NCBI RefSeq assembly: GCF_964355755.1 | Contig: NC_092672.1 | Coordinates: forward strand, 36,834,437-36,898,436 | DNA length: 64,000 nucleotides | Source of the DNA: Antedon mediterranea | Lineage: Eukaryota; Animalia; Echinodermata | Direction of reading: 5' to 3' | Part shown: positions 12,801 to 25,000 of the stretch, piece after piece | How positions within the stretch are numbered: position 1 is the stretch's first letter | How the letters are laid out: each line of letters begins with the position of its first letter | Program-made: the position numbers and the translations under genes | The notes under the pieces: model-generated | Database searches by the model: none | What the model was told of the DNA's origin: nothing | Seen by the model: only the letters and a program-made list of their open reading frames with translations

Positions 12801-14812
12801 TAAATATCTTTGTTGCCAGGTAACAACTTGATAAGGGCGGAGCAAGAACCTGAACCAAACACTGGATTTCTGTCAGGTTTGTCTAGCGCAACTTCTAAAT
12901 CTTCCAAATCTCCAGAAATCTGCAATAATCTGAATTTTGATTTAGATTAAATTGCTTTAAAAATGTGTAAATATTAGAATGTAGCAATTTATTATGGATG
13001 ATTTAAAAATAAACAATTTACGCTAATCTGTGTGTTAAAAGATTACAGCAGACAAACAGTACAAAACATGGCTTATGAATCTGGGAATATAGCTGCCAAG
13101 ACAGATGTTGTACAATGAAGGTGGGAATTTAGAGAAATTCTTATAGTTATGGTAAGTTTAGACATATTATTTAGATGACTGCAAATGGTAATTTTAACCT
13201 TCAGATGGTGTTGAAATGACAATGGAGAGGGTATTGGGAAACTATTAATTTTATTTCTTAAACATTTATTTTGATAATAATGACAACAAAAAAAACATTT
13301 GAGTAAAAAGAACAGTTATCATAGGCCTTACAGTAAAAAGTAAAACTTGTCTCACTAGGACCCAGAATTCGTGCTTACATGTAATTTGTAGTTCAACTTA
13401 CAGAAAGCCAAATGGGTTTACTTCAAGTCTTGGTTGCGATGAACGGTTTGTGTATCCATCTTGAAGGCCAGCTAATTGCATCAGCAGCAGTTCTGCCTAA
13501 AAACAGAATGTTTCATTTATGTACAATCAATCAGATATATCTATATAAATGTATTTTGTATTTATAGTATTTTGTACACAAAACTGAGGTACAGTATATC
13601 TGTGGCCAAATAAGTAAGGTGCAAAAATTCCTTTTCATTTTATTTTCATCAATATTTCAATTTGCATTTAAAATATACATATAAATTATGTTTGCTCTGA
13701 GATATACAACAACAGATAAATAAAACAAAAACAATTACAATTCAAAGGATCAAATCACTCTCATGTAAATGACAAGCATTCAGTGCCCGAATGGCAGCTA
13801 GATAAAACCTGTTGGAAACATATTTGTACGAGAGATGATGGACATTATGCAAACATTATGTCAAACAATAATATTCCTTTCTTTCACAATTAAGTAGAAC
13901 TAGGTTTTAACTTTCAACTGTTGGATTTAAAAGCATGATACAAAGGTCAAAATATCATAGAGGAATTCTTTGTATTTACCTGGTGAAAATATGCATCATC
14001 TGGGTTGTTCTTGATCTTATCTGACAACCATTCCATGTTAGTATTAATAAATGTTTGCAGTCGGTTGCAGTAATCAGTCTTCTCTAGGCAGTAGGATGAC
14101 ATGGTGTTTACCCAGTGCATATATATGGGACCGGCAGTGATGTAGCCCTCAACAAGACCCGCTGCATAGGCTTGAACATTGTCATCGTAATCTGGGTTGG
14201 TGTTCACTGTCAGATGAGACCATCTAATAGAAAAAGAAATTTAACATAACTTCCATTAATTTTAATTCTATTTAAATTAAGAGATTGTTTTCTAAAGAAT
14301 ACAATAAAAACTTAATAAATAGCTTAAAATTAAATTGTGCATGTGTCGAAACAACATACAATATAATACCAGAAATATGTAATTGTAAAACAATAACATT
14401 AAACACAATTATTAATTAATTCATAATAATTAATATAGTTAAAAAACAGTTAATATACGTCTTATTTTATCATATTCAGGTATCCATTTTTTCAGTAAAA
14501 ATAATTAATATGTATTACAGTTAGTATTTGATAAAATGGCCTATATTACACTAAACCAGGCACCTATTCTTTCAGCTACCCTCTAATCTAATCTGACAAG
14601 ACCCAGTGCAACCCCAATAATGCTTACCCGGTGTTTTGTACATCATCAGTGTAGTTTGCCCATGCAGCAGCCCCAGACAACATTTCTTCCAAAATGACAA
14701 ATGTACCGGTTGCATGATTATATTGTACAGAAACGAACGTACTCGGGAGAACCGCTGAACACCGAAGTATATAAGAGGCAAACAGAAATGTTAACACATA
14801 TGATAAATGCAT
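9893..14812 (-). CDS. PLBD2: Phospholipase B-like 2 (lysosomal Ntn-hydrolase), about 11 coding exons
   Basis: Signal peptide MHLSYVLTFLFASYILRCSA; QAYAAGLVEG, GDLEDLE, catalytic GSGSCSALIKLLP..DIYVSHDTW, YNMGTYNNQWMVV, RYNNFKEDPLS, ENAIAARSDLNP.NGSYPFGALGHRCHGATDMKV and C-terminal HLGQPDVFDFKPVKVDWQN* (stop 9893-9895). Confidence 0.96.
10638..10822. mobile_element. MITE family Z copy with internal core triplication
   Basis: TAAAGCTCAGTCTACACTATCAAACT...AGTTTGATAGTGTAGACCGAGCTTAA; three tandem CCCAAA(C/T)ATGG(T/C)AG units. Confidence 0.85.
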
Positions 14813-15225
14813 TTTAACTGCAAAATTACCACAAAACTACCACCGTTTGTAAAGAAAACAGTGCGTAGAGTGACAAAAACAAAATGTTTACTATTGGAAG
14901 GTCAGCTGACTACCGTCAGGTGACTGAGCGCCCAGAAGTACTAATCCAATCGTACTAATAATTACTAATTGTTATGAATACTTTGCGTATTTTGTAATCA
15001 AAATGTATTTTTATATCATTTTAGTTACTTTTCTATATTAATTGATAGTTTTGTTTATGTTTCTGTAAAATTATAGCTTGTTTTTTTGTGCTACTTCAAA
15101 TTTCTCTTGATTTAGCACTCATACGACGAGTCGAAAAAGTTCGGACATCTGGTACGTGAAAAAGTGCAGCAAGTGGATTTTGGGATAGGCCATTTTGTGG
15201 AAAGGTAGAATCTTTGCGCCGGTAA
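14813..15225. promoter_or_regulatory. Compact divergent promoter shared by PLBD2 (-) and beta-adaptin (+)
   Basis: PLBD2 ATG at 14812; probable non-coding first exon of beta-adaptin ends near 15221 (GCCG|gtaatt). Palindromic E-boxes GTCAGCTGAC (14901) and GTCAGGTGAC (14915) lie between. Confidence 0.55.
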
Positions 15226-16059
15226 TTATCATTATTTAAATCTTATTTAATCTCATTTGTTAATTTATCTATACAAAAAATAGTATTATTAAAATATTTA
15301 GATATTATTTATATAAATTTAGTATAAATAATTTTCTGTTTATACCATATATTTTGAATATTTTTACTAGGCCGACCCCACCTCTATTTCAACACAGTTC
15401 TTCCAAGTAGTAAATTCATTCTAACCGGCTATCTAAAAGGGATTGGGTAACGCCTTTTTTTCTACAGTAGGCCTATCATTAAAAGAACTAAAGTTCCTTC
15501 TTTATTGAGGTTGTCTTGTTTTAATAATTAGTCTAAGCTCTTTTTGAACACATAATATAAATTGTGGGGGTTTTTTTTCTGAGGAAAACATGGCATTAAA
15601 ATAATATTTGATACTAAATTGGGCCTAGAGGCCTAGGCCTAGCTTAGGCCTAAAACTAAACAAAATATTTTCCTAAATTCTAGAAAAAGGGCTAGCCCTA
15701 GCCTAACCCATGTCCCCATATCTGTTAAACTACCTATTATATTTTATATATTTTTATATTAATGTACAATTTCAAATACAATTCATTCATCTCATTTATT
15801 TTGTCAATATAAATTTCAGATGCTGCTTTTTGTATTGTATTTGCTATATGCCACAATAAATAAAACGATATGATCTAGATACAAAGCGTAGCATTTTATT
15901 AATAAAACACCAAAGTTGAATGAATATCGCAACAAAAAATTGTACATTAAAAAAGTACAGTAAATACCTAGTTTTCATAATATGTCATTTTCTTTCTCAA
16001 AAACCACACAGGGAACAAATTTGATTTGAAAAAAAAAGAAATTCATTTGCATTGTCAAC

Positions 16060-19000
16060 ATGTCCGATTCCAAATATTTCACGACCACCAAGAAGGGCGA
16101 GATCTTTGAGTTGAAAGCAGACTTGAACAGTGAACGCAAAGAAAAGAAGAAAGAGGCTGTCAAGAAGGTGATCGCAAGCATGACAGTCGGAAAAGATGTC
16201 AGGTACTCAGAAACCCTAATCTACAATATCAAACTAGTTTGACAAAAAATGATGTACCAAAATATGGTGGTGATATCCCCAAATATATTGTATTGATATG
16301 ACATGTCTATATATGGGCACATCACAAGTTTGATAGTGTAGATAAAGCTCTGTTTACACTATCAAACTAGTTTGACAAAAAAGGTGTGATATTCCAAATA
16401 TGGTAGCATGCCAATATATGTGTACCTCCCATTTTTTTAATATTATTGGTTTATTTTAATGAACATTTACTCTGTAAATTGAATAATGTTTAAAAATAAC
16501 AAACTTGTGCTTTTGAATATGTTACTGTTTTATTTATGAAGTGCTCATTTATTTATGTAGTGCTCTTTTCCCGGACGTTGTGAACTGCATGCAGACTGAT
16601 AACCTGGAATTAAAGAAGCTTGTTTACTTGTACTTAATGAACTACGCTAAGAGTCAACCTGACATGGCTATCATGGCTGTCAACACATTTGTCAAGGTAT
16701 GATGTAGATAGTTAGATTATGATTGGTTCCCACTAGAGACGCAACGCAAGGACGCAAGAGTGGTTCGATAAATCTTAATTTCAAATCATTCGATTTTTTT
16801 AAAACGAACAAAATATATGTCTGATTTAAATTTATACATGTTACAAAATATGTTTGTAAACAATGAAACCCATAAAATTAAGTCTTTTGCAACTTACTTA
16901 TATAAAGCTTATGAAAAAAGATAAAGCTGTGTGTCCGTAAATAATATAGATTTTATTTTGTGAAATGGGCCGGGGGCTATTGTTTATTGAAATAAGAGAA
17001 AGAACAATGGATTATCGAACTATAGCTTGTCATTATTCAACTTGCTTGCGCTGCGTCTACGTGTTGCATCTCTAGTGCGAACCAAGCTTATTGAATGTGG
17101 TGGTACATTATTGTGATGTTTGTATGGTATGTTTGACCTATGATGATAACCATTATCATTCAAATCAAATGATGGAATAATGATCAATGATGAGGATTCT
17201 GATCAGTGAGATAATGATTTTGATAATTCCTAATCTTCCAGGATTGCGAAGACACCAATCCTCTAATCCGTGCCCTTGCCGTCAGAACTATGGGATGTAT
17301 CCGAGTCGACAAAATCACTGAATACCTGTGTGAGCCGTTGCGTAAGTGTCTTAAGGATGAAGACCCGTACGTTCAGAAGACCGCGGCTGTGTGTGTAGCA
17401 AAGCTGTACGACATCAACCCACAGCTGGTGGAAGATCAAGGGTTTACAGAACAGCTGAGAGATCTTCTCACAGCCTCAAACCCTATGGTATGTACATTTG
17501 ATTCTCTGAAACCTATGGCATTTGACAACGTTCCTTTAATATTTGAATTCTGATGAAATATTCTTGTTTATATTTACAGGTTGTGGCAAATGCTGTGGCT
17601 GCATTATCAGAAATCAATGAAGCGTCACCAAATGCTTCTGGTTTAGATCTCAGCACCTCCACCATCAACAAGCTACTTACCGCCCTCAACGAATGCACTG
17701 AGTATGTCTATGTTCAACCTAATCTTCTGCATTATGCCTTTCCTCTATTATTTATTATTGCTATTAAAGAAATCTTAAAATGAATAAAGCTTTCCAACAA
17801 CTGATGAGTTGTTGCTTGTCGCCTAGACCTAGAATTCACCAAAGCTGTATCATGGAATACAATGAGAAGGCATATCCTTATTTTACCTGCATGTCCTACC
17901 TTATATTACCTGCATGTCCTTTGTGAATTACTCAAATTGAAAGCTACAAACAAATCTGAAAATATAGTACTCAATTCTGAAAAAGTTTGATTTCATCTAT
18001 ATTATTATTATCAATAATAGTAAAACTAAAGTGGATGTTATATATCTTTGTAAAGAAACACCATAAAAATTGTTATACATTACAGAGATATAGTTTAAAG
18101 TTTTGTGCTTTTTTTCTTTAGATGGGGACAAATTTTCATCCTCGACTCACTTGCCAACTTTAATCCTAAGGACGAGAAAGAAGCCCAGAGCATATGTGAG
18201 CGTGTCACACCGCGACTTGCTCACGCCAATGCTGCTGTCGTTTTGTCATCTGTTAAGGTAACCATATAACTATGTAACATCAATGATTTCAATGTTTTTT
18301 TTAAAATAAATAATTTGTTTATGAAATGAGTATTTAATTGAATTTTTTTTCTGATATTTTTTTAGGTGTTGATGAAATTCATGGAATTCATGTCTACATC
18401 AAATGCTTATGTAAGCAGCCTAATCAAGAAACTATCGCCTCCTCTTGTCACATTGTTGTCAGCTGAGCCAGAGGTACAATATGTCGCCCTCAGGAACATT
18501 AATCTCATCGTCCAGAAAAGGTAATCACAATCTTACATTTTACTAGTAAAACCCCTATTAAGGGGACATCCTGAGGCCCAACATACTAGTGTCCCCTTGA
18601 TAGTGATCTTCCCCGAATAAGGGTTGGCCTTGGTGTTAAAAGATATATTGCCCCATATTTATTATCATAGGAATGTGTCCCTGTAAAATAGGGAAAATAG
18701 TACTTTGTGAATTAAAAGAACATACAGTATAGTAATAGTATCTTTATAATCATGATCATAAATTCTGTATTTGCCTATTAAAATTAATTGTTTTGAAAAC
18801 TGGCATAACATATATAAATAAAACAGTAAAAATACACAGACAAATTTCACCAGCACAGATAAGCACTAAAACAACAAAGAAAAACAACACAATTCTCTGA
18901 TAAAAAGTTTATTGATTACAGACCAGAGATCCTGAAGCAAGAAATGAAGGTGTTTTTTGTGAAATACAACGACCCAATTTATGTGAAGCTGGAGAAACTA

Positions 19001-22000
19001 GACATCATGATCCGTCTAGCAACTGAACAGAACATCGCCCAAGTCCTTGCTGAGTTGAAGGAGTATGCTACAGAAGTCGATGTGGACTTTGTCAGGAAGT
19101 CTGTCCGTGCCATTGGACGTTGCGCCATCAAGGTTGATGTGAGTATCATTGTCATTATGTTTATGGGATCGATAGAAGTTCTGTTTTTAACCTTGTTCAA
19201 CCAGGCGAACAATATACACAAATTGGGTTTTCATATTAAAGTTGCATTGTCCCCCAAAAACATGAAAAATAAAAATTAATAAATCAGACTTTAAATAATC
19301 CATTTTGCAGTTAAAGTTATTCACTTCTGTAACAAAAAAATCCAACAAAAATAATTATTTCACTTATAAAAAGACAAACGAAATGGTTAATTTTAACCAA
19401 AAACCATTGTCTTTAAGTACTTTTTTTCCAGTAAATCTCTTTTTTTTTTCAACCCAGTTTTTGGTCAAAGTGAATAACTATTACGTGACATTAAAATGGC
19501 ATATGAAAAAAACAATTTTTAGGGTACAATATGTCTTATATTTTGTGTTTGTTTTTGTAGATGTCTGCTGAGCGTTGTGTTAGTACCCTGCTGGATCTGA
19601 TCCAGACAAAGGTGAATTATGTGGTACAGGAAGCCATAGTGGTGATCAAGGATATCTTCAGAAAGTATCCAAACAAATACGAGAGCATCATTGCTACCCT
19701 GTGTGAGAATCTTGACACACTGGACGAACCAGAAGCAAGGTAAATTACTAAGACTAAATGTTTTAAGTTGTCTACTTCTTGGTCTGTTTAAGTTGATGCG
19801 GTCTTACAATTGTAAATTAGCATTAAGATGGAGCTGTAGCTTGGTAGGTAACATGCTTGCCCTCCAATCCCAAGAGCCAGTGACCATAATCGCCATTCAC
19901 ACTTAGGCTAAAGGAAACACCCTTAAATTTAAAATAAATCTCCTATCTAAGTGAATACAATTTAAGGGAAATATCTCATTTAAGTATGATTGGTGAATAC
20001 AGCCACTGGGTTGTATATAACTGTTTTTACTCCATAAGCTGGAAATAAGAGTTTGTTTACAAGCATGATGGTTGGATTTGTATGAAATTAAAAAAAATTA
20101 ACTGTTTGTTTTCAGAGCCTCAATGATCTGGATTATTGGTGAATATGCTGAACGTATTGAGAATGCTGATGAACTACTGGAGAGCTTCCTTGAAGGCTTC
20201 CATGATGAAAACACTCAAGTTCAACTACAACTGCTTACTGCCATCGTCAAGCTGTTCTTAAAGCGCCCTCAGGATACGCAGGAGTTGGTGCAACAGGTGC
20301 TTAGTCTTGCCACACAGGTTAGTAAATGAGTTACATATTGTAGTGGAGCTGTATATTTGTGGTTAACATGCTTGCCTACCAATCCCAAGGGCCGGTGTTC
20401 AAACCAGGGTTGTAACTCTTTTTGTCTCAAATGAGACTTATAAGCATGATGAATTATAAAATAGTTATCCATATCCATCCTGTAATTGGCGAGTTGCTCA
20501 ATGTTGGATGCATATGAAAATCACATTTTTTTTAAAAATATCCGCCATTATAGAACACTTTAGATAAAGTGTAAGAATACATGAATTATCGTTTGTTTAA
20601 TTTCAATTGCAGGACAGTGATAATCCTGACTTGCGTGATCGTGGCTACATATACTGGCGTTTGCTGTCTACTGACCCAGCTGCAGCCAAGGATGTCGTTC
20701 TAGCAGAGAAGCCTCTGATCTCTGAGGAGACTGATTTGATTGAACCTACACTCTTAGATGAACTTATCTGCCACATTGCTAGCCTAGCCTCAGTTTACCA
20801 TAAGCCTCCAAGTGCTTTCATTGAGGGCAGGACCGCTGCAGGCTACCGCCGATCTCTACCAGCTAGAACACAGGGGTAAGAATGCGGCTTGTTACTCTAT
20901 GTATACTGTATATTTGTTAAGTTTTACATTAAAGTTACGACTTGTTATTTTTTGTTTTTTTTTCTGTCCAAGGTTAACACACTGTTATATACATATTTTT
21001 TGCACACAATTGTTTTCAAATATTATTATTACTTTGTATGCCATTATGTACTAATGTTTGTGTTTCTGCTAGAAGTTCTGGATCAACATCACCCGATAGT
21101 CCTGAGGCAGCACCAGTTGCCGCGGCAGCTCCACAGCCAACCGTCATCCCACAACCTGCTGGCCAGGCTGACTTGATCGGCGACCTACTGAGCATGGACC
21201 TAGGCCCACCTCAGCCTACTCAAAGCATGACCCAGCAGCCATCAGCTGGTATGGACCTCCTTGGAGGTGGCCTAGATAGTCTGGTAAGAATGACTCATTG
21301 AGTATAATTATACAATTTCAACTACTACTTATGAAAGTAATTAGACTTATAGTGGAGCTTAATGAAAATTGCGTACAGTATTCTGTGGAAGCGATTTTGC
21401 GGGAGAAAATGTCTTAAGAATTTCAATTTTGTAAAAATTATTTTTTAGCTTGGCGGACCAGTGGCGCCTACAGCTCCGGTTCAGGCTGGCGGCGGGGGTG
21501 AGAGTCTTGGGGACATATTCAGCCTTGCAGGCCCAGGCTTGATGGCAGGAACTGTCACATCACCAAAAACAGTAAGATTTGTTTGTAAAGCTCTGTCTAC
21601 ACTATCAAAATTTATGTGAAAAACAAATGTGATGTGCCCATATGTGGACATGCTAGGCTCGCACTGGCCGATCGCCAAGTCGCCATGGGCGAAAATGTTT
21701 CTGGATTGGCGAAAAATAAAACGGCTACTTTAGCCATTTTGGCGATGACATTATGATAAAATAGATAATTAAATAATCATTTTGGCGAAAGCATAAAGTC
21801 CAACTAAAAGGTCCATTTGTCGATCTCCAAGCATTTATTTTGTTCGTTATCACGTTGTTTACTTCAAGCTCCATTTTTCGTCAACTTGTTTCGTTGTTCC
21901 AGGCGTCTCTTTGTTATTTCAAAAAGATGGATATAGCAGAGGTAGACTGCACAGAGAGACAGACGTTACACGACACATGGATGATGAAGTCTACCCAAAC

Positions 22001-25000
22001 TATCACGTGTTGTGTGCTGCACAAACGATCGACTACGTAGCCGACGGTCGGCTAATTACCGGGATTGTCTATATTTCGATAGGGGTGTACTTTTCAGATT
22101 AAAAAGAAACATTATAGTATCTTCGATGAATGACGTCTTAATCTTATCGAAATCAAAAATGTATGCGTTATGCATTTTAGAGTCTTCCAATTTAATGTAG
22201 TTTCATATTTTACCCTTAATAACCTTCCCTCGTGCGTCAGTGTAAACAAAACAACATGCGGGAAATGGTAGAGTCTAACGGGAATTTAGCTAAACACACA
22301 CGTGCATCTGAGCGGGGCTGGCCGCTGGAATAATAATCGGGATAAATTTCTCGCCCTGACAGAAACGCTTCGGCGCAGCCTTACTTGAGGGATGAAAGAC
22401 GTGTACAGTACTCTGTGCTTTGGCCTATATTATTTTACGTTTAACAACGATACGAGTGTTCGTTTGCTAGGAATTTTCCTCAATATTTTTAGCATACGAT
22501 ATACCGTTGCGTTGTTGTACATAATTTTGTAGGCCTAGGCCGGCGGTTCTGCACTTTTGCACCTCTAGAGCATACCCAATTTAAACATGACCAGCCAAGC
22601 GTAAAAAACAAAAGTAACATAGCGTTCAGGGGATTTCAGAAAACTGTAAAATGTTTCTTATTAAATTGATAACTGTATGAATGCTGTATGATTAAAAACA
22701 ATTTGAACAATTGTTTTGATCATGTAAAAAAAATACAAAAAAAAATATTTTTTTTAATCATACAGTGATTTAGGCATGGTTCTTTATCTCAATGCCTTAC
22801 AAAAATGTTCAGGGAACAGTGTATAATAGACCTGTTGACATAGATAAATTGACTAAAATGTTTTTACCACTATATTTCAAAAATTTTAAATTTTGGCTAT
22901 AAACCGATACATTTGGCTAAATAAAAAAATTTGACTTTAGCCATTTTGGCTATAGATAAACTGATTTGACTAAAAAAAATATTTTGACTTTCGCCAAATG
23001 GCTAAACAAAATGAAATGTTAGTGCTACCCCAGACATGATGATGTCATATCACTACTATATTTAAGCATATCACTGCCATATTTCGGCACATCACACATT
23101 TTTTTGTCAAACTAGTTTGATAGTGTAGACAGATCCTAATACTTTCAGTAATTTAATCCAATGAAGAGATATTAATAATTGCTTGTGTTATTGAAAAGAT
23201 TTTAAAGTTTTGGATGTACATTTTGTTGCTAGGTTTGGCTGTCGGCCGCTAAAGGCAAAGGACTTGAGATATCGGGATCTTTCTCAAGACGAGGGGGTCA
23301 AGTATTTATGGATATGACATTCAATAATAAAGCCATGCAACAAATGGCTGGATTTGCCATTCAACTTAATAAAAACAGGCAAGTACTCTAGAGCTATTAT
23401 GTACAGTAATTTAATTTCACATAGTAATTGAGAGGCTTTACTATTTCATCTAACATTTATATCGTGGCCTAGGTTCTAAAGAGACTACATTTTGGTTTTG
23501 CCATGACTTTTTTCTGTTTTCATTAAGCTTGGTTCCCACTAGGATGCAACACAAGTACGTAGATGCAACCTAAAGTGATTTGAGCAATGACAAGCAACAC
23601 TTTATCGCTGTTACGTCGCTGTTATCGCTGTTACGTCGCTGTTATCGCTGTTACGTCGTCGTGTTGCGTCTCTAGTGAGAACCATGAATTAGGGAAGACC
23701 TTTATTGTATAAGCAATTTATTTGTTTTCACCAATAACATCTAACTTTGTCATTAATGTTTATATTGCAGTTTCGGTCTTACTCCGGCTGCTCAACTGAA
23801 TATTCCCGGAGCCCTAATGCCCAATCAGAGCTTGGATTCGTCGTTGGCGTTGAACACAATGGGCCCGTCACAACTTATGGATCCACTGAATAATTTACAA
23901 GTTGCTGTAAAAAATAATATTGATGTATTTTACTTCAGTGCTCTTGTAAATATACATGTACTTTATATGGAAGATGGTAATATGGGTAAGAGGAATTTTT
24001 TTACATTTTTTCGGGAAATGACACTTGTAAAAGGTGTAATTCATGTATATCCAGGAAGTGATGTGAAGGTAAAGGAAAAACCTGCGAGTCTAACTGGGCT
24101 GGAATTGCACACAAGTATGAACTCCTACAACAGCTATCATCTCCTCTAAAGAGTCCCTTTATGTCAAGATGCCACCAAACGGCACTCAATCGTCTGTCAA
24201 CAATTCGGGAGTATCTATAAAGTTGGGAGGGTAGTATTGCGTTTATTAACACGTAATGAATACTAACGATGAAAGATGTTCATGTACAACTGTATTTATT
24301 AACACTTGTGTATCACATACAGCATGGTCAATCTAACCTTTGGCCTCATATGAGGGGCCATACATGCCTTTAGCATAACAGTCGTGTAACAGGAAATGGT
24401 TTTAAGTGCTGGCCTATGTTCTCAGCATTATTAACATCTCAATTGGTTTTTTTGTTGCTTGTCATTGATAATTTTAATGTAATTTATATTGCATTTTCAT
24501 TCTGGCATATTCTGTTGTGTTTCTGTGCTGTATATATTGAAACGTGGTAAAAAAATCTGGTAAAATGTGCTTTGTCACATTGCATGCAAATTGTTATGTT
24601 GTTGGAGATGGTGTGTGACTGTGACATTTAGAAATACAATATGTATTTATCACATATTTCACTATATCAGCCTTATTTGCTGTAACTGATTAAATTATGC
24701 TAATTTATGCTAATAATGATATGTAATCTTGTTTTGCTTTTTATATTTAATGTTTTTTTGGATTGGAATGTTTTTTTTGCTTCTGTCTACATATTTTAGG
24801 TAAAGGTGACCCTAATGGTAAGCATAGCTAATCCCTTCTTCTCACCCTAATCCCTTCCTCTCTCCCTAATCCCTTCTTCTCTCCCTATTTTCTTCACCTC
24901 TCCCTAATTCCTTCACCTCTCCCTAATCCCTTCACCTCTCTCAATCCCCGCATTCCTCCCTAATCCCCTCACTGATCACATCCCCGGTCAGTCACTGACT

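Noticed and set aside
17360-17385. DPYVQKTAA instead of the usual DPYVRKTAA in beta-adaptin
   Set aside because: Single substitution; cannot tell a lineage variant from polymorphism or error without alignments.
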